Shown in pieces: positions 37,886 through 51,255 of a stretch of 64,000 nucleotides of DNA. The notes under the pieces were generated by a model. It had not been told where the DNA came from, made no database searches, and saw nothing but the letters and a program-made list of their open reading frames with translations. The position numbers were made by a program, and so were the translations under genes. Each line of letters opens with the position of its first letter. Positions within the stretch are counted from its first letter, which is position 1. The DNA is taken from the NCBI GenBank assembly GCA_964270895.1, contig OZ185443.1; one strand, 5' to 3'. Source of the stretch: Podarcis filfolensis. Taxonomy: Eukaryota.

Positions 37886-39864
37886 TTCTATAATTCTGTT
37901 ATTTTATGGTTACATTAAATGGCTACATTTTATGGTTACCTTTCCACCAAGGAGCTCAAGATAGCGTACATGGTCTGCACCATTTTAACCTTGCAGCAAT
38001 CCTGTGAGGTGGGGTATGCTGACAGGCTGTGATTTTCCCAAGCTTCATGGCTCAGTAGGGATTTGCTCCCTGGTCTACCAGGTCCCAGTTCAAGACTCTA
38101 ATCATTACTTCCTGTTCCACTTAGAAGAAAAGTAAACCCAATAGCCTAGCATATTTAAATGTGCACTTTTTCCATTAAAAAGTGTATTTTTTGTCTTAAG
38201 CTGCATCACATTTGGTAAAGTGCAAAATGCAGTAGACAGCTATGTTCTGAGCTGCACTTTGGTCTGAGAAATGTAGATCAGCTCATTTCATAGAGGAAGT
38301 TGTAAAGAGTTAGTTAAGAATCCCTAGTCCATCATGAAATTCTGGATAATAACAAATGGCAGGGCATATCTTATTATTCAGAAGACTGAGATGTACAGCA
38401 GTGAAAGTGTGGGTTTGCTCTGCCTTCAGATCCCCAGACTATCCCTGCTCCTTTGACTTCCTTGCTGACTTCCCTATCTCTTTAAAGTTTGGACTGATGC
38501 ATCTTAGGTCACATCCTGTGCACAACTTCCTCCTCCTCACACTTCTATATCAAACCTCAAGATGAGAGGTCTTCTTGGATCTATCCTCAGAGAAGAAAAG
38601 ACCAAGCATGTCTGCTTTGTCTTCTCTAGATTAGTTAGGTTGGAACTAGAAACCTTTTTCTATTGAAGTTATGCACTTCCTATAATAAACAGCTTTATTG
38701 TTTTCTAAGTCTACAATATCTCTGTGTGTTTGATTGTCACAAGTAAAGCCTACTGTGTAGCCAAATCCACAGGCCACACACTGCACTCTTCGCATACCAA
38801 AGAGCTCAGTTTCAATACTGCTTGCTTCCTCTCTGCTCTCCTTAGATGAGCCTAAAGAGCCGATTGGTCTTCAGGACTGTGCCTGTTGCATCTAGCTGCT
38901 AGCCACTCCTGAACTTCAAAGTGACCTTTTGTACAGGAAGCTACACCACTGTTTCCATTTTTCCTTCCAGCCCTTGTCCAGATGGCTGCTCTGTGTTGGT
39001 TTCCCATTATAAGGCAATGTAGAGATGCAGTTGCTTTACTTTTGTGTGAAGTGTATTCTGGAGCCAGCAGGAGCTCTAGAAGCTGCCATTCCCAAGACCC
39101 AACACATAGGAGGAGCTGGCTAGCAGCCAGCTTCAGTTTCTAAAAGCAGCAACAGCTCAGCTTGAGTTGAGGCTTCACTGAAACATAGCATTTGTTTGAG
39201 TGGATTGGAGTTGCAGGCCTTGTAAGAGACAGCCAAATCCAAATGAATGGGTGTGTGTTAGGAATTCTACACATTGCCCAGAAGGCCTAGAGTCAAAGCC
39301 AGATTCATTATTCTGGGTAGCTTGGAGCCAGGAAAGGCAACAGACGATTTGTTCAGCCAATGGAAAAATCAACTCGGCATCTCTTTCACAAGTATTAGTG
39401 CAGCAGCAATCCAGCAGCTGATGAAGGAAAAGGTTAATGTTGTAGGAAGAATGGCAAAAGCAATATGACATTTCCAGTAGCTCTGGCTTTTTTCTACCAA
39501 CATCACTGGTTGCTTAACCATAGTTAATGAATCTGTGTATAGCACCATGGTTAAGGGTTATGTTAGCAGGTTTTCCTTGTTAACCCAGGATCTGAAGTCA
39601 GATGATTGTTCTACCTACCCAACTCTTTCTTTCTGAATATGGATTTTGTTATTTTCAAGAAAAATAACAATTGACTAACTGAGAGACCAGCAAGCAGCAG
39701 CAGCAACATTGTTTAAGTATTCCAAATTATGTATAGTCGAGGCCAAAAATTTCTGAGCCAGAGCCAGAAATAAAAGGTATATAACAATATCAGTCCACAA
39801 CTGAGCATCTGTTACATCCAAAAAGTATCATGGGAGAATGGAGATTGAAGAGATATCCTTTCCT

Positions 39865-40050
39865 ACTTCCCCTCCTAAAAGCTCAAGGTGGCATACATAG
39901 CTCTTGCCCTCCCCATTTTATCCTCATAACAGCCCTGTGGGGTAGGTTGGACTGAGAAACAATGTCAGCCAGTGAGTTTCATAGCTGGGCAGGGATTTGA
40001 GTCCTGGTCTCTCTGGTCCTTGTCCAACACTCTTTCCGCTGTGCCACAAT
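39865..40050 (-). mobile_element. Old L2-tail/MIR-like tRNA SINE; related copy at about 37935-38110
   Basis: ccattttatcctcataacagccctgtggggtagg...gggatttgagtcctggtctc...caacactctttccgctgtgccacaatggctct (decayed B and A boxes on -). Confidence 0.6.
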
Positions 40051-41737
40051 GGCTCTACTATATTGGAAAAAAATACACATTTCTTTTTATGACACCAAGA
40101 CACATCAAATTTAAAGGTCTAGATTGTTGTCATAGCATGTAAACTGGGGCAGGAGGTGCAGAAAAATGATGGCTAACTTCCTCACAGTATGTTTCTGATC
40201 TGAACCAGATGGCACCACTAAGAATTTGTGATTCTCTTAGTTCCTTCCAAGGAAAACCTTAACACAACCTTGGGCATTGGAGCCCTAATTGAAAACGACA
40301 TATAGTCAGTGGCAGTGTGGATCCATTTGTGTTGGGTTTCCAGAGTGGGTGTCTTTAACAGTATTGCCCCAGCGAAGAGTGCGGTCTTAGATACTCTTTA
40401 AACAAGGCCCTACCACCAGTAGTCCTCTGGGAAAGACAAGCCTGTGTTCTCTCTTTTTTCTTTCTAGGACACATACTGATCCTTCCAAAGTAACACAGCC
40501 AAGTTATTAGCAATTAATTCGTTTTCTCTTTGCTTCTACTCTTTTCAAAGATGCCCGAATCTCATTGGGAGTGAGGAACGGTCTCTGAGTGAGGCAGACT
40601 CATCAAATTAACTCCTAGCAATAAGGTTATAGATCAAACATCAGTGAGATCTAAGATTAGTTAATATGCCATAAGCAGCTAAATGAAATTTTGCATTGGA
40701 ATGTGTGATTCGCTGCACCTTCAACAAGGGGATAATTGCCTCGCTAATTATAAAGGGGCTTCTTCTCCCTAAGAGTTTAATTGCAGAACATCAGCTGTAA
40801 AACTTGGTGACCCAATTGGGCTTCAAAACTGCCATTGTACCTGCTTAAACCCAGTTAGATGTGGGTGAGGGGAGGGATAGGGGGCAGTTACTGTGGTGTC
40901 GAGCAATCACATTTGCTTGTGAAGCTGGGATGAGCGTGACTCAAATTCTGCTCAGCTGGCATTGTCTGGGCAGAAAGCTCAGAGCAGCCTGGGACGTATC
41001 CAAATATGCTGCATCAGGTGGCTGCTGTGTCTAATTGATTGTTAATATAACTGCTGTTTGCTTTGTTTGATGAGAGTGGCTCTTGTTTTTTTTCCTCTTT
41101 TCTTTCTCTGCCGTTATCCCTTAATTGGAACTCCTGTGTGTATGCATTTCTATGCAGGTGCTCTTGTCGCCCTGGCTGTGTTTTGTATTCTGTTCAGAAA
41201 GGGGAAAGCTTTTATAAGGCGGGTGGAACGCTAGAGGCAGAGATGCCTGTGAATACTGATAGGGCAGGAAGTGGCGCTGTCACTTGCAAAGCTGTGTGAC
41301 ACCTATTGTGGGGCATCATCTGGAAGGTATCAGCAGGGCAGAGAAGGCAAGGAGGTTCTGCAGAGCTGCTGTGTATGTTTTAGTAGTTACAGAGGATAAG
41401 TTCAGAAAAGGAAACCTTGGCTGCAGCTGAGGAATGGGTCAGTTACCACTTTCCTGTTCTGCACACTGCTTCCTTTGCCCCACCTTCTGAAGACTTCCAG
41501 ACCAGTGCTCTCAGCAACGGGTCGCAGTCTGCACTCTTGCTAACTCAAGGCAGACAAGCAACAGAGTAAGAGGGCAAGAGCATAGACTGAGGAGCAATGG
41601 AGGCGAGGTTGTTGCAACGCTCAGCTGGGTGACTTGAGTGGCGAAGAAGCTGCAGCGCCAGAAGGGGTTTTCCCCCATGAAATAAAACGAAATAGATAAG
41701 AAAGAAAGGAATAAAGGGCAAGAATCTTGGTGCTTCA

Positions 41738-42764
41738 TTACACTATGCTCAGATTAAAGAAGTGTTTAAAAATGACAAAAAGCTAGGATTCCAAGTGGAA
41801 AAGTCAAAGTTAGAAACTGAACTGTTAGAACCTAAGACTAAGGTACTTTCAAGAATGTATAACTTGCTGCTGAAATGGAACACACATGACGAAATGGTAA
41901 AATCAACAATGATAAAATGGGCGCAGGATATTGGGTATAATATTATGTTTGAAGATTGGGAAAGGTTGTGGACCTCTGGGCTGAACTTCACTGCATGTAA
42001 TGCGTTGAAGGAAAATGTGATGAAAATGATGTATAGATGGTACATGACCCCTGTTAAACTGGCTAAAATATACCATTCGTCTGATAGCAAATGTTGGAAA
42101 TGTAAGGAAAATGAAGGAACATTTTTTCACCTCTGGTGGACCTGCCCTAGAGTGAAGGCCTTTTGGGAGAAGATATATAATGAACTAAAAAAGGTGTTTA
42201 AATACACCTTTACTAAGAAATTAGAGGCCTTTCTCCTGGGTATTGTCGGCCAGAGTGTGTTAAAAGAGGACAGAACATTCTTTTTGTACGCAACAACAGC
42301 AGCAAGAATATTAATTGCCAAGAATTGGAAAACTCAGGAGCTACCCACTGTGGAAGAATGGCAGATGCAACTGATGGACTATATGCAATTAGCCGAGATG
42401 ACCGGCAGAATTCGAGACCAGGGAGAAGAAAGGATGGAAGAAGATTGGAGGAAATTTAAGATTTATTTACAAAAATATTGTAATTTGGCTGAGTGCTGAA
42501 TTGGATGCCAGTGCAGACAATTGTCTACCATTAAATTAGATTTAAGGCTGAATTATATGTCAAACCAAATTAAGATTATTAATTAAGATGAGTTAAATGA
42601 TAATTTGTTTGAAATTAATTTAATAATGATGTAAGTGTATGCGGGAGGTGTGGGGGAGTCCCATGTAACAATTGAGAGATGTTAAATGGACAATGATAAG
42701 TGCTTATCTAATATATGCTTTATTTGAAAACTTTAATAAATATATTATAAAAAAAAAAAAAAAA
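41738..42764 (+). mobile_element. Young 5'-truncated L1-clade LINE (ORF2 C-terminus, 3' UTR, poly-A)
   Basis: Frame open from the insertion edge to the stop at 42499, with a CWKC-x8-H-x4-C knuckle; AATAAA 42735-42740; A18 run 42749-42766; perfect 18-bp TSD aagaatcttggtgcttca (41720-41737, 42765-42782). Confidence 0.95.
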
Positions 42765-43172
42765 AAGAATCTTGGTGCTTCAAGCAACAACCTCTTTTAC
42801 CTGCCACCACCTGAAAACCCTTGTGAGATAGCGCTGGGCTACTCCTTCCACTTGCCCCACTAGGCCCCCTCCTCCTGAAAGCCTCCTGCCCTTTCACCAC
42901 TTTGTGTTATGAATTTCCTGGTCTGTTCAACTAGCTGCTGCCTTCCCTTGTTCCTCTCTGTTTTTTCTAAACCACCATCAGATTTTGCCCTGCCGTCTTT
43001 TCCTTGGCCCTTGCTTTTGATATATCTTCACTGGGACTTCTGCTTCATCTCCCTCTTAGGCAATTGCCTGAATGTGCTCCCTGGGTGGATGAGGGCAGGT
43101 CCCAAATTATCCTCTTTGGATTTATTTCTATTGGGCCCTGCTTATGTCAGGTTCCTTCATTCCAAGTTCCTT

Positions 43173-43533
43173 TAGGCGTGTTCACCCATGATCCTGTAAA
43201 CCAGTACAAGCTGTCTGTACACATGCACACTGTTTGTGTGAAAGAGTGTATGCTTGTTGATTTGTATAGCTCAAATGCCGTGTAAATAGACTGTATACTC
43301 ATTGTATGTTACAAGTGAATAACTGTACAAGCAGACAGCTCACCTACTGTGGGCAGAGAAACAGCCTGCATGCTCATTGAACATTATATGTGATGGATTA
43401 AAAGAGTACAGCTCAACTATCCAGTCTGTACACTTGTTGATATTACATGTGAAAAACTTTGAGTATACAGTTCAACTATTGTGTGCACAGATGCTCAGAT
43501 TATACACTTATTGAATGTGATGTATGAACACCT
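43173..43533. mobile_element. Old MITE (Harbinger-like termini)
   Basis: Imperfect TIRs aggcgtgttcac / tatgaacacct; internal repeated tacag.tcaactat and cttgttga motifs. Confidence 0.4.
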
Positions 43534-43829
43534 TTCTTGCATGTCTCTCCTGCTTCATCAGCTCTTAACCCAGTTCCAGTTGCCTTTACCAGCTGTACTT
43601 TCTCACTGTTCCTTCCAGTAAGATCCTTTGATGAATTCCTTTAGCTTGTTGGAAGCTGTGATGATGAAATTAATTTTAGTAACAGTTTTAACTCCCTCAA
43701 TTTTTTTTTAGTCTGCTGTGTTATATTTGTTAGTGTTTTAATTTGTTGTTGTCAGCTGCCTTGAGTTCTGCTGAGGAAGGATAGGATAGAAATGCTTTAA
43801 ATATATTTTTAAAAAGAAGTAGTATTTTC

Positions 43830-44335
43830 CCACCTAGTGGGGGAAATGGCAAATTCATGTTTATTAGAGTTAAGACAGAGCATGCTCAGCGGTTGTCCTG
43901 TTATCCAGGATGGGTGCCAAACTGTTGCTTGTGTGAACAGATAACAAAGTAAAACCCTGTTATCATTTCACACTCTGAGGGTCGCCTCCATATGTTGTAC
44001 CTGGTGATGAGGATAAGCTGCTTCCCTGGTTCTTAATATGCTATAAGGAGGAACGTGGCTGGAAAATTGCTACCTATGGAATTATGAAATTGTTTGATGC
44101 TGATAGGAGGACTGGGTTGCAGCAGGCAGAAAGCACTTCATTGCTAATTATATTGATGATCACAAAAAGTGTGCAGTGCAGCTGCTTGTGGCGCAAAGAC
44201 ATATGGCACGGTTAGAAACTTGGTAGCACCTGAAAAACCCACTGCCAAACCTTTGAAGAGCTAATTGAAATTGTCTCGCATCATGATAAAGCTCGTTCCA
44301 CCAGACATTGTTCAATGCTTAAGTTTAAATGCAAA
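43830..44335 (+). pseudogene. Ancient Gypsy LTR-retrotransposon relic: LTR 3' end, PBS, frameshifted gag N-terminus
   Basis: tggtgatgaggat (44002-44014) equals TGGCGACGAGGAT after two CpG decays, complementary to the tRNA-Ser(GCU) 3' end; from 44066 the frameshifted reading is (M>I)ATYGIMKLFDAD/EDWVAAGRKHFIANYIDDHKKCAV/ACGAKTYGTVRNLVAPEKPTAK/TFEELIEIVSHH...IVQC.KF. Confidence 0.75.
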
Positions 44336-45370
44336 ATAAGGTTTAATTATATGATGCGCATGTATATTCTAGCAGGCCCAAATGATAGGCCAAATCATTT
44401 TCTCCTGTGAGGAGGAGGATTGTGCTTCTTTTAAGAATGCAACAGTCCATGATTTGTATAAGATTTATATTTTCAAAGGTTAAAAATTAAATATATGCCA
44501 AATAATCAACTGGTGTGACTTTTAAGTAGACTATGCAAAACCGAAAACTAATTTGCTTTGCCTGCCCTCAATTCATTATTTTAACATTAAACAGTTGCTC
44601 AAAATGTTCTACAGACCTGATTAGGGCCATGCAAGGGAGCCCTTGTGACAATTGTGGGTTTTTCTCCCTTGCTGATGCCTGTTGGTCTCACATTTCATGT
44701 TGGGTGACATGTGGCAGGTTCCCTCAGTTAATTAGAACAAATGTGCCAATTATGTTAATATATCTTCCGATGCCAATCAGTGAATAATTAGAGACAACAC
44801 ATCTGTCTCCCACCAGGGAGTAGGAGAGAGTGAGCGAGAGAAAGCAGGAACTACAAGGTGCATAGTGCTCTAAATTGCTGCCACAGTGGATTGTGCATTT
44901 CTTCCCTATGAATGCAGTGTCATGAAAGCCTTGCACATGCTTTAGCAATACTGTGTGTGTTGTGTGTGTTTGTGTGTGTTCACACACAGGGAGGGCATGA
45001 AGTTGCATGCAATCACATTTTCCTTAGGCTGACATATTGGAAGAATTATCCAGGTGTTTTGTTACAGTGAAAATTCTGCAACAGCACTGTAGTATTTATG
45101 GTGTTAGGTTGTTGGGACCCTGTGGGTATCACAGCTGCTTCTTTATGGGCAATGGTGTGCATCAAAAAAGCAAAGGAGCTTCAGCGACTTATCTGTTATG
45201 TTATCACTATGCATGAAAGGTGCTCTAGCCTTTATGGGCTAATTGTTCCCATATTGCAGATGTAGGTGAGGAGGGTGAGAGAATATATATGCATCTTTTA
45301 GCATGAAATTTTGGCATGGTTGAGAGATACATTAATGTTTTGCTCACATTCAAAGCTCCTTCAGTGCGAT

Positions 45371-45614
45371 GTAGCCAGTGTGGTGTAGTGGTTAAGAGCA
45401 GTGGACTCGTAATCTGGTGAACCGGGTTCGCGTCCCCGCTCCTCCACCTGCAGCTGCTGGATGACCTTGGGCTAGTCACACTTCTCTGAGGCCTCTCAGC
45501 CTCACTCACCTCACAGAGTGTTTGTTGTGGGGGAGGAAGGGAAAGGAGATTGTTAGCCGCTTTGAGACTCCTTAGGGTTGTGATAAAGCAGGATATCAAA
45601 ACCAAACTCTCTTC
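45371..45614 (+). mobile_element. Full-length Squam3-like tRNA SINE
   Basis: A box tggtgtagtgg, B-box-like gggttcgcgtcc, L2-type tail agccgctttgagactcc...ggatatcaaaaccaaactct. Confidence 0.88.
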
Positions 45615-48600
45615 AGTTTCCTTTTGTGTGAGCCATGATTGGCTAACTGCAAACAAGAAAATGTGTGAGCTCCTAGTGGGAAGTTTGTGGCTGCTTTGCT
45701 CCTGTGGTTGTTATGTGGTTGCATTGCACTAAGTTAAGTTATGGCTTGTGTTAGTGTTGCATCCAAACCCTGGCTCATGTTCCATATGTTCTCTTCCAGA
45801 CTGTGAGCTGTGTGTCCTATGGTTTACAGCTCAAAATTTGTCTGGGAGAGTTAAACCATAAACATGAATTCAGGAAACATTATAAGTCAAACCATGGCTT
45901 GGCACAGCAGCACAATGGCCAGGAAAGGACCAAAACAGCTGCCATATTTTCTTTGGGAGCCCACACATTTGCTCATTCATACTAAGCCATAGTTTAGCTC
46001 AGTGTTACGTGCAAACGAGGACAGTAGGGATAAAGAAATCTGCTAGCTGCTATCAGAGTGAGAAGACCTGGATTCACAAGCAGATGTGTTATTTGCATAT
46101 ATATCAGTTGCAATAACCTTCTTTTTAAAAATAGCAGCTGTGGAGGGCCCTGATCCAGATTGGCTCCATGGTATTGAGTAAGTAGGGCCTTAATCCTTTA
46201 TCCATGGCACAACTGTTCTGTTAGGACAGAAGCTTCAATTCACACCAAAATTAGAGGATATAAATCTGACGACATCACAGGGGTGTCTGATGTAAAGAAG
46301 CACAAAGCATAGAACTATAGTAATATGGAGCTCCTAAATTACTGAAATATGTGAAAATATAGATGAAGCAGGACTTTTTATTGCAAATTGTCCTTCATTT
46401 TCCTGAGGTAATTGCAATGTGCATTTTCTATCTGGAGCAATTGTTGTTTGCCTTATATAGTACTATTACCAGTGGCATTTTGACTCTCTCATTTTTTTTA
46501 AAGGCCCTACAAGTAGATCTGGTGGTTTTGGTCAAAGCCCCAAGGAGCTTAAAATGCAATATCCTGTCTTTTATGATAAATTATACACATAAAACAGTGG
46601 CAAATGGTTTGAATTTTTATCCTCTGAGTGTGTATCCAGCATTTTAGAAGAAATTATAACAGAGCTCTGATGAAGACGGCATAGCAAGGCTTGATTTTGA
46701 GAAACATTATGAAAGAGATGGAACCATAGGAGGGAAGTTAGCCTAAGGTACAGGAGAAAATGGCAAACATCATTAGAGAGGTTTTTCCAATCATCTTCTT
46801 TTATGTGCCTCTGCCCCATATCTCAACTCCATCTTGTCTTTCTTGTGGCTTTGTGCAGCTGTGCTTACGTTATCTGGGTTCTCAACATACCTTGAGCCAG
46901 TTTTGCTGTATTATTACATCTACAATGGGCAGTATTTGGTTTTACTGTACTTTTTAATAAAGTTGATTTTGTACTTCATTTTGTACTCATACTAATTTAC
47001 TTGGGAGTAAGCCCCATCAAACTCTGTAGGACTTATTTCGAAGTAGATATGTATTGGGTTACATCATCAGTGTTTGCTTCTCTGTATTTAGTTTCCATAT
47101 TTGAAAAGCACTGTCATTATATTGGTATGATTTTTGCAGCAAAGTGTGCAAAGTATTTTGGTTTCCTTGTACTTTGTTACTACAAGTATGTAAACAACAA
47201 CAACAACTAAGTATCATCCTTCTTTAACAAATAAGGATCCTAGATAGGTTTGTTATATAAAAGTAAATTTCATTAAATTCAGTTAGACACCCCACCCTAT
47301 CACTAGGCAGAGGGAGGTAGCTGCCTTGGGTGCAGATGTCAGAAAGAGGAAGCAGTTCTGCCACCATCTGCTGAATCTCTAACTAGCCTCTTCTACACCT
47401 CTTAAGCTACTCAGCTGCCTTTAGGCACCATAGTGGTGAGGATTGCAGGTGATGTGCATGCCTACCTATGGACAGGGCTTTGCACATTCGCACCAAACGA
47501 TCATTTATGGGATAACATAGAACACTCAGTTCAAATATGCATATTCCTGCCTTGGAGTAATCATTCCTTTGGTGGGACTTAACTGGTTCTAGCAAGGAAT
47601 GAATCAAGCTTTGTGTTACTGAAAACGGGAGAGGCTTACTGCCTATATGCTCATAGTGTTTTCTGTGACTGAAATAAGATGGAGCAGGCTTCGTTGGCTT
47701 CCAGTCTCCTTGGGCAGATGTTCAAATGGTTTAGGGTAAAGGGGATGTTTGTCAGGACAAACCGGGTCTTTATTAGTAGTGAGACCCTTCTGTGTTCCAT
47801 TGGGTTGGCCAGGGGCTGAGAATATTTCTGTTTTTCTTCGTTTCATTAAATTGCTGGGCACAAATTTCAATGATCCAGTGACATGAAGGCACTGCTTTGA
47901 TCCATCCTGGGTCTCTAAAGCATGCTCAGTTCAAAAGCAAATAAGCCACTGAATGTTCAGCCAAGTTATGCTAGACTAGCTTACCTCAGGCAGCTCTGGG
48001 AGAATGGGGTGCTTCTCTGGAGTGGAAATGAATGGAATATTGTATAGCTAGAGAACGCATGTCTATATCTTTAACTATTTCCCTCTGTTTGTCTACAAAC
48101 ATTTTTTTAAATGTCCGTATAAAGATTAGGAGTGTTAAGTTGCAACTGTGGCTAATATGCTTGTAGCATATATAGTAGAATCTATGCACACATTATCCTT
48201 GTTTTTACATCTGAACACAAGATGTTTTACTTGTAAAATGCTTTGGGTTTATGTCTACAAATGTAATATGTGAGTGTGGCAGATTTGCAAGTCTATAGCA
48301 TTGTGAGCACACTCAGCCAAGATGCATCATTTATTGTAACGTTCTTTGATTCTATATGTATTGTACATTTTTATTGCTAGACACTCTGAGAGTATTGCTG
48401 AAGGGCAGGGTAGGAATGCAGTAGTTCCCCTACACATTTTGCTTCATATTTTCCTTTTCAAGAGGCCTATTGACTTACATTTATATATGTAGAAGCTCAG
48501 AGTGCCATCTGTTTCTGTCTCTTGGTGGCCCTGTATGTAGACAATACTGTACTGAGTTAGATGGACCAGTTTTTTGATTCAGTAGAACAGCCTTCTACAT

Positions 48601-48693
48601 TTCTAGTCTTCTGATATAGATATTAATTTTAAAAAACCCCACTGCATGCTATTTATGGTAGGGGCTGCTGACCTTCCCTGTGAATCTCAACAG

Positions 48694-48874
48694 GTAGAGT
48701 GGCTGAAAAATGAAGAGGTGATTGATCCCGTTGAAGACCGGAATTTTTACATCACTATTGACCACAACCTGATCATAAAGCAGGCGCGCCTCTCTGACAC
48801 AGCCAATTACACTTGTGTTGCCAAAAACATTGTGGCCAAGAGGAAGAGCACAACTGCTGCTGTCATTGTCTATG
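48694..48874 (+). CDS. UNC5C: UNC5C coding exon (exon 5), rest of Ig2; 181 nt, phase 0-1
   Basis: gctgac branch-like site, then ctcaacag|GTA GAG TGG...GTC TAT G|gtaagg gives [60 protein letters not shown]. Confidence 0.98.
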
Positions 48875-51059
48875 GTAAGGGGAAATGGTTTTGCCTCACA
48901 ATGAAACTACAGCTTGATCTACCAAATTAATACAGTGAGTTGTACCATCCAGTTGGCTATTTCTCTCCAGGACCTGGCAAGCAGAATATGATCACATGGC
49001 TGTCAGCTAAAATGTATATCTCTTGGAAAGACCTTCTTGGACAAGGGGGACATGTGTGTATGTGTATTTAGGGATTTTTATTTTGCCTTTTTGCAAATGA
49101 CTAAAGGTGGCTAAGCTAATCAATAGCATTAAAACAACAGCAGCAAATAACAAAATCTGCAGATTAAACAAAGATAAACATAAAAACAGTGACACTAGTG
49201 AGCCATTAAAACAGTTTGAATTAGAGTAGTTATCCATGAAAAGCAATCAAATGTCATTAAAACACTAGCAGAACACAATGGATATCTCTTCTCCAATAGC
49301 CACTTGCCCAACCAAAGATTGTACTTGATGGAGAGATCAAATGACCCAAACTGGTCTATAGACCTTGTCACCAACTATTTTTTGGACTAGCACTGCGTGG
49401 AATGGGATAAATCACAAAGGTTCTTGCCCTCTTTCCCTCCTCCCCAAACACAAAGCATGTGGACAATTGGCAAATGTTTCAGCATCTCAAATTTCACTGC
49501 ACTAGCTATGGCAGTGTTGTCATAAAGCTACACTGATCCTCTAAATCATGAAGTCTTTCTGCTTCATCACAAAATCCAGGCAAATCCATCTATGCAATCC
49601 ACTTATTAAGCATCCCTACATATAATGCCCCCAGTGCAGAACTGCCATACCACATAGAAGTTTCCCAGTGGGCTCCTTGTGCCTGGAACAATGTACGTAT
49701 AAACTGTCCTTTGTTGTCTACTAAAGTGAGAAAAGTATTGTGAGGATAAAACCTAGCTCTAATGGTACCATAGATGATCCTTGTTGCTTTTATCACAATC
49801 AGTTTAATTACAAGACAGATTATGCTAGAACTTTTATTTTGCAGGTAGGGCAGCAGTTTCGCTTAATTGTAAGCAGTTGTCTCAGTGAAGTCACAGTGAG
49901 GGCTTTTCATTCCTCTTTCTGTGAGGAAAATGGTTGAATACAGCTAATTAGCAGTATTTGTGATACAAAGGAGGCCCAACAGACACACACAGCATAGTTC
50001 AGCTGGAGAGCACAATAGCACGCAGGAACAGAAGCAAGGCTCAGCACACACCATATATAATTATTCTTTCCAAACACAAAGAGTTTGACTAGGTAGGTGG
50101 AACTTCGTCAGCTGTTGCTGAAATGCTGTGAGGAATAGGGGATTGGAGTTGAAAACCCGATAAGCCTACCTAAGATACTTTTTGCATGAGCTCACACCTC
50201 TGTGACAAAGACTGTCAGTGAATTAAGGAAAAGAGCCATTCGATCCTATACAGAAGCCAGTGGTCAAGGTTGTTGGAGGCTAAGTTCGGCAACATATAGA
50301 GGGCCTTATGCTCTCTACCCTTGACCTACGGCATGCTGCAAAGGAGGATAGGCATCGGTGCAGAAATGAGTAGAGCAAAGGTGCACTGAGCTATTTTTGT
50401 TTTCCAACGGAGCATGTAGAGAATGGTGTTTTTGTTTGCTAGTCACTGTGGATATCACTTATTCCCAGTATCAGAGACTCTGTGCATCTGAAAACCAGTT
50501 GCTGGAGAACATGAGTGGGGAGAGTGTGATGGTGCTCATACTCTGCTTGCAGGCTTCCCATGGGAAGCTGGTTGGCAACTGTGCAAATCAAAGGCTAGGC
50601 TAGGTAGGTCTTTGGTCTGATCCAGAAGGAGTCTTCTTACATTCTCATTTTTAATCAAAACACAGTAAGCTGAAGAAATTAGTTCTTCTTGTTACTGTGG
50701 AATGCTGACGTCCCATCCCTTGCTTTTTTTCACATTTCATTACCAAGGCATAAAAACGGAACCAGTGGGAATATGCAGTCAATATTGCCTTTGGCCTGCA
50801 AGAATTAGAGCCTAGACCCCATATTACATTCAACATGTGAGAGCAGCCTGGCGTTCTGCTGTTGAGAAATCTGAAGGCTTCCTAGGGAAGAGATAAAGGG
50901 AGATAAAGAACTTATAAAGAGAAAGAGAGGTGACTAAGAGCACCTTTTCTGTCTATGTGGTTGCATTCATTATCAGCTTTCTCTGCCTCAAGGCAGGACA
51001 ACCTGCAGAATTCTCAACAGGCTGTTATCACGTGGTAAGCATTAAAATTATTGTACTAA

Positions 51060-51255
51060 TATTAATTATTAAATTTCTATATTACTCTTCATCCAAAGAT
51101 CATAGGGCAGTTTACAATATGAAACATAAAAATATATTCCATAATAACAAACTAAAACAATACACACACAACCCCGACATACAGAGTTTTAAAGGCCACA
51201 GATTGTTTAATTAGCCAAAGGCCTGCAAGAAGAGGAATATTTTTGCCTGGCACCA
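51060..51255 (-). mobile_element. L2 3' fragment
   Basis: Same family as 4233-4470. Confidence 0.65.

Noticed and set aside
39274-39468. Protein-like 64-aa ORF (…SISAAAIQQLMKEKV…)
   Set aside because: No recognisable family and no convincing splice sites or promoter; ORFs of this length are expected by chance in 64 kb.
41762-42499. 245-aa ORF as a host or nested gene
   Set aside because: It is the L1 ORF2 C-terminus, bounded by a TSD and poly-A; the start codon is arbitrary.
45371-45440. tRNA-like sequences here and in other SINE heads as tRNA genes
   Set aside because: They continue into SINE bodies and tails and lack complete cloverleaf acceptor stems.
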